A stretch of 64,000 bases of DNA, from positions 37,730-101,729 of the forward strand of contig JBAXJX010000002.1 in the NCBI GenBank assembly GCA_037137655.1, read 5' to 3'. Under the pieces are notes generated by a model. It was not told the origin of the DNA and ran no database searches. It worked only from the letters and a program-made list of their open reading frames with translations. Made by a program: the position numbers and the translations under genes. Positions within the stretch are counted from its first letter, which is position 1; the number at the start of each line of letters is the position of its first letter. The stretch is from Candidatus Falkowbacteria bacterium (lineage in GTDB: Bacteria; Patescibacteriota; Patescibacteriia; Patescibacteriales; UBA12465). Below are positions 63,430 through 64,000 of the stretch, in pieces.

Positions 63430-63501
63430 TAATTAATTTACCTATTCTTGGATTTGGCCCGTTTTTGGGGGTCCTAATCTCGGATTCAGGAAAGAAAAAC
63501 C

Positions 63502-63873
63502 ATGTTAGACAAAAAAGCAAAGGATAAAATCATTAAGAAGTTCCGTACTCACGAAAGTGATACTGGATCCCCTCAAGTTCAAATCGCTATTTTAAGCGCT
63601 GAGATCGAAGAATTAGTTGGACACTTAAAAGAACACCGTCATGATTACTCTTCTCGCCGCGGTTTACTTAAAAAGGTTGCTGAACGCCGTCGTTTACTAA
63701 AATACTTACAAAAAGAAAATGAAGTTGCTTTCAAAGATTTAGCAGAAAAATTAAAATTAAAGATTGCTAAAAAATTACAAGAAGAAGAAGCAAAAAAAGC
63801 TGAAAAAGAAAAAGTATTTGATGACGCCCTAGTTGATGACGAAATTGAAGAAATTGAAAAAGGTACAAAATAG
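63502..63873 (+). CDS. rpsO: 30S ribosomal protein S15 with a charged C-terminal extension of about 35 aa
   Basis: HESDTGSPQVQIAILSAEIEELVGHLKEHRHDYSSRRGLLKKVAERRRLLKYL. Confidence 0.93.
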   Translation: MLDKKAKDKIIKKFRTHESDTGSPQVQIAILSAEIEELVGHLKEHRHDYSSRRGLLKKVAERRRLLKYLQKENEVAFKDLAEKLKLKIAKKLQEEEAKKAEKEKVFDDALVDDEIEEIEKGTK

Positions 63874-63880
63874 TCTCTTA

Positions 63881-63911
63881 AAATCCCTCCGGTCCACCGG
63901 AGGGATTTTTG
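63881..63911 (+). terminator. Intrinsic terminator after rpsO
   Basis: AAATCCCTCCGG-tcca-CCGGAGGGATTT followed by TTT. Confidence 0.75.
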
Positions 63912-64000
63912 ATTAAAAGACAGAACTCTGCTAGACTGTTAGTATAAAAATTTATTACAAAATGTATGCCAAGTAAAATGACCACAAAAGATTTTTTAGA

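Noticed and set aside
63430-63501. Possible S15 autoregulatory leader hairpin (GGATTTGGCCC...GGGGGTCCTAATC) upstream of rpsO
   Set aside because: Only an imperfect hairpin can be drawn, and I cannot establish the pseudoknot or three-way-junction features of known S15 leaders by eye. It is left as unverified.
1-64000. Alternative genetic code (UGA recoding, as in some CPR lineages)
   Set aside because: All housekeeping proteins come out full-length under the standard code in the supplied track, so there is no sign of in-frame UGA.
63978-64000. ATG-initiated ORF (MTTKDFL...) running off the window end
   Set aside because: Only 7 codons are visible. The common rpsO-pnp synteny would suggest PNPase, but nothing in the sequence can support that call.

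Overview
AT-rich, gene-dense bacterial chromosome segment. Most genes are on the minus strand, and full-length ORFs under the standard code argue against UGA recoding. A streamlined housekeeping set sits beside type IV pilin paralogs, a giant pilin-fronted surface protein, many orphan genes and mostly absent Shine-Dalgarno sequences. By inference this points to a Candidate Phyla Radiation / Patescibacteria (Parcubacteria-like) genome. Confident genes: rny (partial), hup, recA, pilT, rnc, nusB, rpmF, ftsH, rpsA, rnj, secG, rplT-rpmI-infC, smpB, tig, hppA, nusA, glgA plus GH57 plus kinase, ruvC, yebC, an M23/LysM peptidase, polA, murD-murI, holA, rpsT and rpsO. There are 10 tRNAs in four clusters and a tmRNA next to smpB. 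No rRNA, CRISPR array, transposase or integrase was seen. Promoters are unusually readable (TTGACA-17-TAnAAT, often with an extended TGn), as are hairpin plus T-run terminators, so transcription units can be read from sequence. The most interesting region is an accessory island of about 5 kb between tig and hppA (29.9-34.9 kb). It is bracketed by two paralogous receiver-like genes that lack the phospho-acceptor Asp and holds a leaderless TrmB-family regulator and three orphan ORFs. It is unusually rich in non-coding DNA that still carries consensus promoters and terminators. That DNA includes two divergent copies of an element of about 380 nt whose differences are compensatory across predicted helices, making it a candidate novel structured RNA. 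A related ORF-free promoter-to-terminator unit lies at 2.4-2.9 kb. Other notable items: three type IV pilins fused to a FISUMP-like Cys-rich domain, a thrice-repeated terminator hairpin, and a 21-codon hydrophobic mini-ORF with a perfect SD. All functional calls come from motif recognition by eye; no database search was possible.
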